A program made the translations under genes and the position numbers. A DNA stretch of 64,000 bases from positions 96,001 through 160,000 of the forward strand of contig JBCCHT010000015.1 of the NCBI GenBank assembly GCA_039028615.1, in the 5' to 3' direction. The DNA is from Myxococcota bacterium (lineage in GTDB: Bacteria; Myxococcota_A; Polyangia; Nannocystales; Nannocystaceae). Positions 55,252 through 64,000 of this stretch are shown one piece after another. The stretch's first letter is position 1. Each line of letters starts with the position of its first letter. Below the pieces are notes generated by a model. The model had not been told where the DNA came from. It was given only the letters and a program-made list of their open reading frames with translations, and did not search any database.

Positions 55252-57275
55252 ACGACGTCGATCGCTGGCAGGAGCGCAACCGCGAGCTGCTGATCGCCGC
55301 ATTGGCCGATCTGGGCACGCGCATGGCCGTGCACTTGGGCGTGGAGTCCGAGACCCGGGCGGTCGTGGCGGAATGGGTCGAGACCGCGGTCATGGACGCG
55401 CTGCGAGCGGAGTCGCGGGCACCGATGGCGCTCGACCTGTTCGTCGAGGCGCTGGGGCTCGATGCATTCGAACGAGACGTCGTCCTGTTGTGTGCGGGCT
55501 TCGAACTGCATGCGCCCTTCGTGGAAATCTGCCATCGCTTCGCAGGCCAGAGCGTCACGAGGCCCACCTGGAGCTTCGTGCTGTCGTCGATCCCCGGCGC
55601 GGAGTGGTCGGCGTTGGCTCCCAGCGCTCCGCTACGGGCGTGGCACGTCCTACGCCTCGAGCCGGGCCCATCGTTGGTGCAGCAGCCCATTCGGCTCGAC
55701 GAACAGATCCTGCACTACCTGCTCGGCATGGGCATCGATCTGCACCTCGATCGGCCCTTGTCGATGGTCGACGTCGACCTCGAAGAACAGGGGAGCGAGC
55801 AGCTCCATGCCATCGCCGCTCGCCTCAAGGCCGGCCTGGAGCGGGTGAGCGCCAACGCCGATGCGGTGCCCGCCGTGCAGCTGTTCGGCCCCGAGGCGGG
55901 GCTGCGCAAGGTCGTGGCCTACGATGTCTCGCAGAGTCTCGGGCTCAACTTGGTCGAGGTGGCGCTGGCCGACCTGGGGCCCGCCGATGCTGCCCTCGAT
56001 GCCTTGCTCGATCGCTGGGAACGCAACGCCCTGGTGGCGCGCAGTGCCTTGCTGGTGACCCTCGACGACGACGGCAAGGCGGACGGCACTCGGGATCCGC
56101 GGCTGCGACGGCTCATGGGGCGACTTCGGCAGGTGCCGGTCTTCGTGTCCGGGCGCGTCGTCCCGCCGCTGGCCCTCGAGCGCCCCTTGCTGTCGGCCGA
56201 AGTCCCGGCTCCCAGCCCCATGCGACGGCTGCAGCTGTGGGAGCGTGCGCTCGGACCCTTGGCGGAGACCCTGGGAGACAGCCTCGACTCGCTCGCCTCG
56301 CAGTTCCTGATGGACGCCCGCGAGATCGATGCCGCCGTGGGCACGGCCCTGGGACAGCTGCACGCCGAGGAGCCCGAGCGAACCCTGGAGGGGCCTGCCT
56401 TGGCCGATGCATTGTGGAGTGCATCCCGTGGCCATGGCCGGCCGCGCCTGGACTCCCTCGCCCAGCGACTCCGGGTGGCGGAGCGCAGCGACGACGACTC
56501 GGGCTGGGAGGGCCTCGTGCTGCCGCCGCAGCAGCTCGCGCAGCTGCAACAGATCGAGGCCCACGTGCGCTACAGCTTCCAGGTCTGGGATCGCTGGGGC
56601 TTCGATCGCGGCGGGGCGCGTGGCGTGGGCGTCAGCGCGCTATTCTACGGCGAGAGCGGCACGGGCAAGACCCACGCCGCGGAGCGACTGGCGGCGCGTC
56701 TGCGGCTCGACCTGTACCGGGTCGACCTGGCCAGCATCGTGAGCAAGTACATCGGCGAGACGGAGAAGAACCTGCGCCAGATCTTCGACGCCGCCGACGA
56801 GGGCGGGGTGCTGCTGCTCTTCGACGAGGCCGATGCCGTGTTCGGGCGCCGCAGCGACGTCAAGGACAGCCACGATCGCTACGCCAACATGGAGGTCAGC
56901 TACCTGCTGCAGCGCATCGAGACGGCGCGCGGGATTTCCATCCTCACCACCAACCTACGCGATGCCATCGACACCGCCTTCCAGCGTCGCCTGCGGTTCG
57001 TGGTCGAGTTTCCGTTCCCGGCGCAGCCGCAGCGCGCGGAGATCTGGCGGCAGATTTTCCCCGCTGCGACGCCGACCGAGGGCCTGCAGTTCGACAAGCT
57101 CTCGCGGCTCAACGTGACGGGCGGCAACATTCGCAACATCGCGCTCAACGGCATGTTCCTCGCGGCCGAGGCGGGGGAGCCGGTGCAGATGCGACACCTG
57201 CTGGCCGCGACGCGTAGCGAGTACGAGAAGCTCGACAAGCCGCTCAGCCAATCCGACGTGGGGGACTGGGCATGA
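55248..57275 (+). CDS. eCIS AAA+ ATPase (Afp15/Pvc15-like)
   Basis: GESGTGKT, VSKYIGETEKNL, LLFDEAD, DRYAN.EVSYLLQR, RRLRF. Confidence 0.95.
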   Translation: MNDVDRWQERNRELLIAALADLGTRMAVHLGVESETRAVVAEWVETAVMDALRAESRAPMALDLFVEALGLDAFERDVVLLCAGFELHAPFVEICHRFAGQSVTRPTWSFVLSSIPGAEWSALAPSAPLRAWHVLRLEPGPSLVQQPIRLDEQILHYLLGMGIDLHLDRPLSMVDVDLEEQGSEQLHAIAARLKAGLERVSANADAVPAVQLFGPEAGLRKVVAYDVSQSLGLNLVEVALADLGPADAALDALLDRWERNALVARSALLVTLDDDGKADGTRDPRLRRLMGRLRQVPVFVSGRVVPPLALERPLLSAEVPAPSPMRRLQLWERALGPLAETLGDSLDSLASQFLMDAREIDAAVGTALGQLHAEEPERTLEGPALADALWSASRGHGRPRLDSLAQRLRVAERSDDDSGWEGLVLPPQQLAQLQQIEAHVRYSFQVWDRWGFDRGGARGVGVSALFYGESGTGKTHAAERLAARLRLDLYRVDLASIVSKYIGETEKNLRQIFDAADEGGVLLLFDEADAVFGRRSDVKDSHDRYANMEVSYLLQRIETARGISILTTNLRDAIDTAFQRRLRFVVEFPFPAQPQRAEIWRQIFPAATPTEGLQFDKLSRLNVTGGNIRNIALNGMFLAAEAGEPVQMRHLLAATRSEYEKLDKPLSQSDVGDWA

Positions 57276-57550
57276 GCGCGCCCTACCAGCTCCGCATCGA
57301 TCGCCTGCGCGTGCCCGGGCTCGAGCCGCATGAGCACGACGCGATGCATCGCGCGCTCGAGCGAGAGCTGGGGCGTCTGAGCACTCGACACGGTCTCCCG
57401 CGGCGGGTCGCCCAGGGGCCGGCATGGACGCCCGGAGGCGTGGTGGAGGTCCCCTCCGGGGCGAGCCCGTCCGAAATCGGCGTCCACATGGCGCGCTTCA
57501 TCCACTCCAGCCTCGGCGGCTTCATCCCTCACGAAGAGCAGCGCCCATGA
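57272..57550 (+). CDS. Small conserved eCIS protein
   Basis: LRIDRLRVPG...ALERELGRL; ATGA overlaps on both sides. Confidence 0.7.
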   Translation: MSAPYQLRIDRLRVPGLEPHEHDAMHRALERELGRLSTRHGLPRRVAQGPAWTPGGVVEVPSGASPSEIGVHMARFIHSSLGGFIPHEEQRP

Positions 57551-58218
57551 CCACCGTTCCTCCCCAACCGCCGCCTCCCGGCACGATCAACCTGGTGCGT
57601 GGTGCTCTGGTCACCGTAGGCAACGGCACGCAGCGCAACACGATCGCGTTTCAGTACAACCCCACGACGCTGCGACGATCGCTGCAGTCCAACACGGTGG
57701 GCGGGGCGGAAGGTGATCGGGCGGAAGCCGTACGCTTCGTGGGGGCAGCGGTCGAGACGGTCACCCTCGATGCGCAGTTCGATGCCACCGACGGACTCGA
57801 CGCGGGCGACCCGACGACCGTCTCGATGGGTATCTACCCCACGTTGTCGGCGCTCGCGTTGCTGGTCTATCCGTCCACGACCGACGTTCGTAGCGCCCAG
57901 CAGAAGCTCCAGCAAGGGCAGATCGAGGTGATGCCGGCCCTCGCTCCCAACGTGCTGTTCGTCTGGGGCAAGCGCCGCGTGCTTCCGGTTCGCGTGGCGC
58001 AGATGAACATCACCGAGCAGTTCTTCGACTCCAACCTCAACCCCATCCAGGCCACGGTGTCGCTGACCTTGCGGGTGATGACCTACTCCGACCTGCTGCC
58101 GTCGAACCCCGGCTACCAGGAGTTCCTCACTTACCAGCAGGGGCTGGAGGCGATGGCTCCCGAGGGCTTCACCAACAACGCCAGCCAGGTCACGGGCGTG
58201 GACCTCAACAAGATCTAG
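57547..58218 (+). CDS. CIS tube initiator protein (Afp7/Pvc7 N-terminal-like)
   Basis: FQYNPTTLRRSL, FDATD, LFVWG.RRVLPV, ITEQFFD..LNPI.A.V. Confidence 0.85.
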   Translation: MTTVPPQPPPPGTINLVRGALVTVGNGTQRNTIAFQYNPTTLRRSLQSNTVGGAEGDRAEAVRFVGAAVETVTLDAQFDATDGLDAGDPTTVSMGIYPTLSALALLVYPSTTDVRSAQQKLQQGQIEVMPALAPNVLFVWGKRRVLPVRVAQMNITEQFFDSNLNPIQATVSLTLRVMTYSDLLPSNPGYQEFLTYQQGLEAMAPEGFTNNASQVTGVDLNKI

Positions 58219-58225
58219 GAGTCTC

Positions 58226-58540
58226 ATGGCCAACGGTCCCAACTTCTTCGGCAAGAGCAGCGCGTACGCCAACGCCAAGACCCACGTCTACGTGACGCCG
58301 GACGGGCGCCGCATCGAGTACGTGCAGCCGCGGGTCCTGCCGCAGCCCGACTCGGTGCCGCTCCAGGGCTTCACGCGGGTGCAGGACTCCACCGCGCAGC
58401 GCCTCGACTTGGTGTCGTTCCAGACCCTCGGCAACGCGCTGCTCGCCTGGCGGGTCGCCGATGCGAACGGCGCGATGGACCCCTTCGACCTCGTGACTCG
58501 CGTCGGTCGCACGCTTCGGGTCCCCGATCCCACTGCTTGA
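58226..58540 (+). CDS. LysM/tail-X-like baseplate glue protein
   Basis: RLDLVS...LG....WRVADAN.AMDP..L....GRTLRVP. Confidence 0.8.
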   Translation: MANGPNFFGKSSAYANAKTHVYVTPDGRRIEYVQPRVLPQPDSVPLQGFTRVQDSTAQRLDLVSFQTLGNALLAWRVADANGAMDPFDLVTRVGRTLRVPDPTA

Positions 58541-58549
58541 GCGCTCGTC

Positions 58550-59719
58550 ATGCCCAACGGTCCCTCCATCGGTAGCGTCGTCGTGAGCCTGAAGATTGGC
58601 TCCGAGCTGCCCACGCCTGCGCCCGCATCGTTGATGCAGGCGCTGCAGAAGGTGGAGGTGACACAGACCGACGAGGTGCCCTCGGGGTTCCAGCTGACCT
58701 TCCACACCGAGATCGACAACACCACGTCGCAGGACTACGCGGTGGTGCAGGACGACCTGCTCCAGCTCTTCAATCGCGTGGTGATAAGCGTGGTCGTCAA
58801 CGGGGTCTCCACCACGCTGATGGATGGCTTCATCACCGGGCAGCAGCTGGTGCCGAGCGGTCGCCCCGGCGGCTCGATGTTCGTGGTCACGGGGGAGGAC
58901 ATCAGCGTCAAGATGGACGCGGTCGAGTACTCGCTGGAGTACCCGGCCCTGGGCGACGCGGCCATCGTCGCGGTCGTGCTGGCCAAGTACCTGTTCCTCG
59001 GGGTCATCCCCGAGGTCATCCCCACCATCAGCGGCGCGGTGCCCTTCGGCTGGACCCCGCTGCAAAACTGCAGCGATCGCGCTTGGGTCAGCTCTCTGGC
59101 GCAGCAAAACGGCGCGCTCTTCTACGTCACGCCCGGCCCGGCTCCGATGACCAACGTCGCGTACTGGGGCCCGCCGAAGCTCTCGGAGCCGCTGCAGGAC
59201 CCGCTCAACGTCAACATGGGGCCGTTCACCAACGTCGAACAAATCTCGTTCGGGATCGACGGACTCAAGCCCTTCTTCGTCGTCGGCTCGGTCCTCGAGA
59301 CGCTCACCGACCCTTACTTGCCCGTGCCGGTCGCGACCTTGTCCAGTACCCGCGAGCCCGCGCTGGCCACCAAGCCCGTGCTGGAGCCCAGCGCCCTGGT
59401 CTCGCTGTCGGTCAAGAAGAAGCTGTGGATCGACCAGGGCTTCAACCCGGTGAAGTCGGCCGCCGTCGCGCAGGGGATGACCGACCTGTCCACCGACCAG
59501 GTCGTCACCGCGACCGGGCGGCTCGATGTCTCCCGCTACGCCAACGTCCTCACGGCACCGGGCATGGTCGGCGTGCGGGGCACGGGCACGAACTACGACG
59601 GCAAGTACTACGTCAAGTCCGTACAGCACCAGATCAGCACGCGAAGCGGTGACTGGAGCTACCTGCAGGATTTCACCCTCAACCGCGAAGGCCTGGGCAC
59701 CACCACCCGGCGCGTTTGA
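58550..59719 (+). CDS. Baseplate hub (phage late control D / VgrG gp27-like)
   Basis: SGFQLTF, LMDGFIT, GEDISVKMD, AYWGP, GVRG.G..YDGKYYVKSVQH, F.L.REG. Confidence 0.88.
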   Translation: MPNGPSIGSVVVSLKIGSELPTPAPASLMQALQKVEVTQTDEVPSGFQLTFHTEIDNTTSQDYAVVQDDLLQLFNRVVISVVVNGVSTTLMDGFITGQQLVPSGRPGGSMFVVTGEDISVKMDAVEYSLEYPALGDAAIVAVVLAKYLFLGVIPEVIPTISGAVPFGWTPLQNCSDRAWVSSLAQQNGALFYVTPGPAPMTNVAYWGPPKLSEPLQDPLNVNMGPFTNVEQISFGIDGLKPFFVVGSVLETLTDPYLPVPVATLSSTREPALATKPVLEPSALVSLSVKKKLWIDQGFNPVKSAAVAQGMTDLSTDQVVTATGRLDVSRYANVLTAPGMVGVRGTGTNYDGKYYVKSVQHQISTRSGDWSYLQDFTLNREGLGTTTRRV

Positions 59720-59740
59720 CCGCGCGGAGGGAGTTTGAAC

Positions 59741-60700
59741 ATGGACGGATCGAGTCGAGATTCATGTGGAGCGCAGCCCCCCAACGCGATGGGCACGGGG
59801 CCGCGGCATTTCGGCAAGTACCGGGGCACGGTCATCGACAACATCGATCCGACGCAGCAGGCGCGGCTGTTGTGCATCGTGCCCGCGTTCTCCGGGATGA
59901 AGCTTTCTTGGGCTTTGCCCTGTGTGCCCTACGCGGGACCCGAGGTGGGCTTTTTCGCCATCCCGCCCATCGGCGCCAACGTGTGGGTCGAGTTCGAGGG
60001 CGGCAACCTCGACTTTCCCATCTGGAGCGGTTGTTTCTGGGAGAAGGGCGAGCTGCCCCCCGAGGTCGAGCTCTCGCCCGAGGACCCCGCCCTGGTGAAG
60101 GTGTGGAAGACCCCGTTCTGCACGCTGATGCTCAACGACACACCCGCCGAAGGCGGCATCACGTTGTCGGTCATCGATGCCGCGGTGGAGGTCCCGATCA
60201 CGATGACCTTCACTTCGGCCGGGGTGGAGATCAACACCGGGGTCACCACCCTGACCATGAACGCGGAGACGGGAACCAACCTGCTGGTGGCGGAGAGCAC
60301 AGTGACGCTCACCGAGGCGGAGATGAGCGTCGAGACCCCGGACGTGAACATCACCGCCAACGTCAACGTCACGGGGCCGGTCGAGATCGAGGGCAACGTC
60401 GACATCACGGGGGCGGTGGAGATCACGGGCAACACGGAGATCGGCGGCGCGCTCGAGGTCGAAGGCGAGACCAACCTGCTGGCGGAGACGACCTGCGAGG
60501 GCGACGTGAACATCGCGGGGGCCTGCACGGTCGAAGGCGCGGTCGAGCTCGCGGGCGCGCTCGCGGTCGAGGGCGAGTCCAACTTCCTCGGCCTGGTCAC
60601 CATCGAAGGCGACCAGAACATCCTGGGCGGCGGCCAGGTCGAGGGCAACTTTGCGGTGCTCGGCGTCATCGAGGGCGTCGTCGTGCCGCCGCTTCTATGA
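59741..60700 (+). CDS. Spike protein (phage baseplate V / gp5 OB-fold) with long acidic beta-helix
   Basis: FGKYRGTVIDNIDP, WALPC.PYAG, PPIGANVWVEFEGG, PIWSGCFW; C-terminal 6-aa [GN]xV[ED]IxG repeats. Confidence 0.9.
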   Translation: MDGSSRDSCGAQPPNAMGTGPRHFGKYRGTVIDNIDPTQQARLLCIVPAFSGMKLSWALPCVPYAGPEVGFFAIPPIGANVWVEFEGGNLDFPIWSGCFWEKGELPPEVELSPEDPALVKVWKTPFCTLMLNDTPAEGGITLSVIDAAVEVPITMTFTSAGVEINTGVTTLTMNAETGTNLLVAESTVTLTEAEMSVETPDVNITANVNVTGPVEIEGNVDITGAVEITGNTEIGGALEVEGETNLLAETTCEGDVNIAGACTVEGAVELAGALAVEGESNFLGLVTIEGDQNILGGGQVEGNFAVLGVIEGVVVPPLL

Positions 60701-60715
60701 GGGGACGACGCGGGC

Positions 60716-61069
60716 ATGATGTACCTGAAGTTCCCCTTGCAAGTCGGCCCCGATGGGCTGCCCGCGCGTGCCAGCTACGCCGATCACGTCCTGCAGATGA
60801 TCGAGGAGCTGCTGTTCACCAACCCGGGAGAGCGGCTCAATCGGCCGCGCTTCGGGGTGGGGCTGTTGCAGCTGGTCTTCGGCCCCAACGACGAGGAAAT
60901 CGCGACCGCCACCCAGTTCCTAATCCAAAACGAGCTCCAGACCTGGCTGAGCGAGCACATCCAGGTGACCTCGGTGCAGGCGACGAATATCGAGAGCAGC
61001 CTCGAGATCACCATCGAATACACCCTGGTGAAGACCGGGCAGTCGCAGCGGGCGACCTTCGTACGGTAG
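60716..61069 (+). CDS. GPW/gp25 family baseplate wedge protein
   Basis: HVLQMIEELLFTNPGERLNRPRFGVGLLQLVF.PN. Confidence 0.92.
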   Translation: MMYLKFPLQVGPDGLPARASYADHVLQMIEELLFTNPGERLNRPRFGVGLLQLVFGPNDEEIATATQFLIQNELQTWLSEHIQVTSVQATNIESSLEITIEYTLVKTGQSQRATFVR

Positions 61070-61073
61070 GACC

Positions 61074-63515
61074 ATGAACGGCGCAATTCAGCCTCTCGCG
61101 GTCCTCGACGACGCGGCCTTTGCCGCTCGCCGGGCCGCGGTGCGCCAGAGCCCACGGGTGATGGGGGTGTCGCACATCGAGGTCGTCTCGGTCGAAGACG
61201 ACGTCGTCGAGCTGCGGGTCGTGTTCCTCACCGCCGTCGACGGGACTCTGAGCGCGACGGGCCGTTCGATCCTCGAGGCGGTGACCCCTGCCAATGTCTC
61301 CGTGTCGCCCACGACCGAGGAGGAGCAGCCGCTGCGGGTGGTCACCGTGATGCCCGACGACAAGGCGCCGCACGTGCTGTGCCTGAAGGTCGTCGGGGGC
61401 GCGGCGCTGCCCTCCAGCCTCGTCGCGACCTACCGCGTGGACGTCTTCGGGGTCGAGGGGATCGACCCGTACTTTTCCACGGCCGAGGTCGTCATCGACC
61501 AGCCTCCGTCCGACCTTCCCGCGTCTCCGAGTCCCCAGGGCGACGCCGCGCAGCCGCATGTCGACGGCAACATCGACTATCGAGCGAAGGACTACGAGTC
61601 GTTTCGCGACACCATGCTCCGCAGCCTCAGCCGGGTCATCCCGCAGTGGCAAGAGCGAAGCCCCGCGGCGCAGAGCGTGGCCCTGGTCGAAGCGCTCGCG
61701 TACCTGGCCAACGACCTCAGCTACTTCCAGGACGCGGTCGCGACCGAGGCGTTCCTGGGGACGGCCCGGCGGCGAATCTCGGCCACACGTCACGCCACCC
61801 TCGTCGACTACCGACCCTCGCAGGGCGTCAACGCCCGGATGTGGGCGCGCATCGTCGTCGAAGACGGCAAACACCTCGAGCTGAAGGCCGGCACTCCGCT
61901 GCTGACGCGCATCGCCGACCTGCCCGTGGTGTTGACCCAGCCCGAGGAGGTCCAGGCCGCGCTCCAGGCGGGTTCCGTCGTATTCGAGACGATGGAGGCG
62001 GTGCGCCTCGACGCGGCGAAAAACCGGCTGCAGTTTTATGCCGCGGGCGCCCGCAAGGCGAAGCTACCCGCCGGAGCGACCCGGGCCTGGCTCCGCGGTC
62101 GGCACCCCGAGCTCGTGGCCGGCGATGTCCTGGCGTTGCATCGAGCGGACTCCGACGTCGCCGAGGTCGTTGGGGGGCACGGGGGCCATGTGATTCGTCT
62201 GTCCCGCGTGGGCGCTGCGAAGAAGGACGGGCCCTACGACGTCTGGATCACCGAGATCGAGTGGTTCGAGGGCGACGCACTGCCCCGGGCGATCGAGGTC
62301 GTGGCTCCCGATCCCGACGGCACGGTGCGCGGAGGCGTGGTGGCTCACGGCAATGTGGTGTTGGCCGACCACGGCCGGACCGTGCCCGGCCGAGCGGCGC
62401 CCGACATCCACCCGTCGCAGCTCGAGCTCCCGGCGGTGCCAGAGGGCGGCCACTACGAGCCTGCGCTGCCCCTGCTCGACCCCACGTTCCGGGTCGACTT
62501 CCGGCCGCGCACGGCTCGACAGGAGTCGGCGAAGCGAGCGTTGCAGCAGGACCCCCGCGCGGCCACGCCTGCGGTGAGCATCCAACAGGACGAGCTCGAC
62601 CTGGGCACGCGGCCGTGGAACCTCCGCCCGGATCTGTTCGAGAGCGGCCCCTTTGCTCCCGACTTCGTGGTGGAGATGGCCGAAGACACCCTGGCCCAGC
62701 TGCGCTTCGGCGATGGCATCAACGGCCTGCGACCGGCACCAGGGGCCCGGTTCGCCGTATCCATGAGAGTCGGTAACGGGGTGCGGGGCAACGTGGGCTT
62801 CGGGGCGCTGGGGCACGTGGTGCTCGAGCGCGACCCCGGGACGATCGTGGCGGTGACCAATCCCACTGGCGGCCGGGGAGGGGAGAACGCGGAGAGCCTC
62901 AGCCGGATCAAGACCGACGCACCGACGTCGTACTTCTCGCAACAACGGGCGGTCACGGCCGATGACATCGCTCGGCTGGCGCGACGCGTCGACGGGGTGA
63001 CGACGTCGGCGGCGCACTTCTCGACCACGGGCAGCTACTCCGTCGCGATGCTCTACGTACGGCAAGGGCGTCGGTGGACGCTGGCCCCTTCCTTCGTCGA
63101 GCGCGTGCGAGACCACGTCGCGCCGCGGCTGGTGATGGGCAGTGACCTCGAGGTGTGTCCTCCCGTACCGCTGCCGCTCGACATCGTCATCGCCGTGCGG
63201 CTTCGACGTCACACGCTGCGCGTCAGCGTCGTCTCCGCGCTCGAGAGCGAGTTCTCGCCCTCGGCGATGTTCGGCCCCGATGCCTACGGATTCGGGCAGC
63301 CCCTGTACCTCAGTACGATCATCAGCGCTGCCTCCAAGGTCGAGGGGGTGTTCGAGGTGGAGGCCACTCGGTTCCAGCGCTGGGGGCACGCCGCGGCGGG
63401 AGAGCTCGCGGCGGGGGTCGTTCGTCCGGGGCCCAACCAGATCATCCGCGTCGACAACAACCCACGGATGCCATCCCACGGGACGATTCGTTTCGAGATC
63501 GCGGGGGGACGATGA
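61074..63515 (+). CDS. Baseplate J/gp6-like wedge protein (Afp11-like)
   Basis: DYRAKDYESFR, LSYFQDAVATEAFLGTARRR, GNVVLADHG, LRFGDG, RVGNG, RAVT.DD. Confidence 0.9.
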   Translation: MNGAIQPLAVLDDAAFAARRAAVRQSPRVMGVSHIEVVSVEDDVVELRVVFLTAVDGTLSATGRSILEAVTPANVSVSPTTEEEQPLRVVTVMPDDKAPHVLCLKVVGGAALPSSLVATYRVDVFGVEGIDPYFSTAEVVIDQPPSDLPASPSPQGDAAQPHVDGNIDYRAKDYESFRDTMLRSLSRVIPQWQERSPAAQSVALVEALAYLANDLSYFQDAVATEAFLGTARRRISATRHATLVDYRPSQGVNARMWARIVVEDGKHLELKAGTPLLTRIADLPVVLTQPEEVQAALQAGSVVFETMEAVRLDAAKNRLQFYAAGARKAKLPAGATRAWLRGRHPELVAGDVLALHRADSDVAEVVGGHGGHVIRLSRVGAAKKDGPYDVWITEIEWFEGDALPRAIEVVAPDPDGTVRGGVVAHGNVVLADHGRTVPGRAAPDIHPSQLELPAVPEGGHYEPALPLLDPTFRVDFRPRTARQESAKRALQQDPRAATPAVSIQQDELDLGTRPWNLRPDLFESGPFAPDFVVEMAEDTLAQLRFGDGINGLRPAPGARFAVSMRVGNGVRGNVGFGALGHVVLERDPGTIVAVTNPTGGRGGENAESLSRIKTDAPTSYFSQQRAVTADDIARLARRVDGVTTSAAHFSTTGSYSVAMLYVRQGRRWTLAPSFVERVRDHVAPRLVMGSDLEVCPPVPLPLDIVIAVRLRRHTLRVSVVSALESEFSPSAMFGPDAYGFGQPLYLSTIISAASKVEGVFEVEATRFQRWGHAAAGELAAGVVRPGPNQIIRVDNNPRMPSHGTIRFEIAGGR

Positions 63516-64000
63516 GTCGGCGTCCCATCTTCAATCCTCCGTACTTGCCGGAGATCCGCTATCGCATCGGCGACTTCTCGTCGTTCTTCGACCGGCTGCT
63601 CGAAGACCTGCCCCAGCAACAGGTGCCCGGGGAGCGCATGCCTCCGCTGGCCAACCTCTACCTGCAATCGGAAGAGGACTGGATTCGCGCCTTGTGTCAG
63701 GTCTGGGCCGAGGTCGGCGAGATTCTGGTGTTCTACCAGGAGCGCATCGCCAACGAGGGTTATCTGGGCACGGCGACCCAGGCCGAGTCGGTGCAGCGCA
63801 TCCTGCAATCGGTCGGCTACGACGTGCCGACCCATGTCGCGGCCGAGACGGCGCTGACCTACTTCGTGGGGCTCGATGGCGCTGGAGTCGAGCGGGTGGC
63901 CCGGCGCGCGGGGACGCCCACGGGTCGAGCGAATCGCGGTCGACGGGCAGGGACCGGCGGAGGCGCGGGGCGCAGGACCAACCCGAGCGGCGGCGGAGGT
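63512..64000 (+). CDS. Second baseplate J-like protein (Afp12-like), 3'-truncated
   Basis: Not in the ORF track (no stop in window). ATGA overlap at 63512; translates MSRRPIFNPPYLPEIRYRIGDF...ILVFYQERIANEGYLGTATQ. Confidence 0.85.
   Translation, partial: MSRRPIFNPPYLPEIRYRIGDFSSFFDRLLEDLPQQQVPGERMPPLANLYLQSEEDWIRALCQVWAEVGEILVFYQERIANEGYLGTATQAESVQRILQSVGYDVPTHVAAETALTYFVGLDGAGVERVARRAGTPTGRANRGRRAGTGGGAGRRTNPSGGGG

Noticed and set aside
48495..64000. Prophage or T6SS interpretation of the tail genes
   Set aside because: No capsid, portal, terminase or integrase and no TssJLM/TssK/ClpV. DUF4255 plus an Afp15-type ATPase and a single-chain sheath indicate eCIS.

Overview
High-GC (roughly 70% by eye), gene-dense bacterial DNA that looks myxobacterial (Nannocystaceae/Polyangiaceae-like). 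This is inferred from the many lipoproteins with Thr/Gly/Asp-rich linkers, a TPR Ser/Thr kinase, ECF/anti-sigma cassettes, and fibro-slime and MopE-repeat proteins. The first 48 kb is an accessory mosaic. It holds two ECF sigma/TPR anti-sigma/outer-membrane protein/cargo cassettes; the second forms a beta-1,3-glucan-themed cluster (GH16, thaumatin-like protein, divergent di-heme oxidoreductase). It also holds an orphan three-gene cassette resembling T6SS/CIS adaptor plus cargo genes (transthyretin-like adaptor, LysM/PG-binding protein, signal-less GH5-like enzyme), a coupled tandem-AlkB-like dioxygenase plus NADAR pair, a kinase with a degenerate sigma54 activator, and nhaA. From 48.5 kb to the window end lies an extracellular contractile injection system (eCIS) operon, truncated in the second baseplate gene. 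It has a long disordered putative ruler protein and a highly acidic beta-helical spike with no adjacent PAAR gene. No rRNA, tRNA, CRISPR array or transposase was seen. All family calls come from motif recognition by eye, not database searches.
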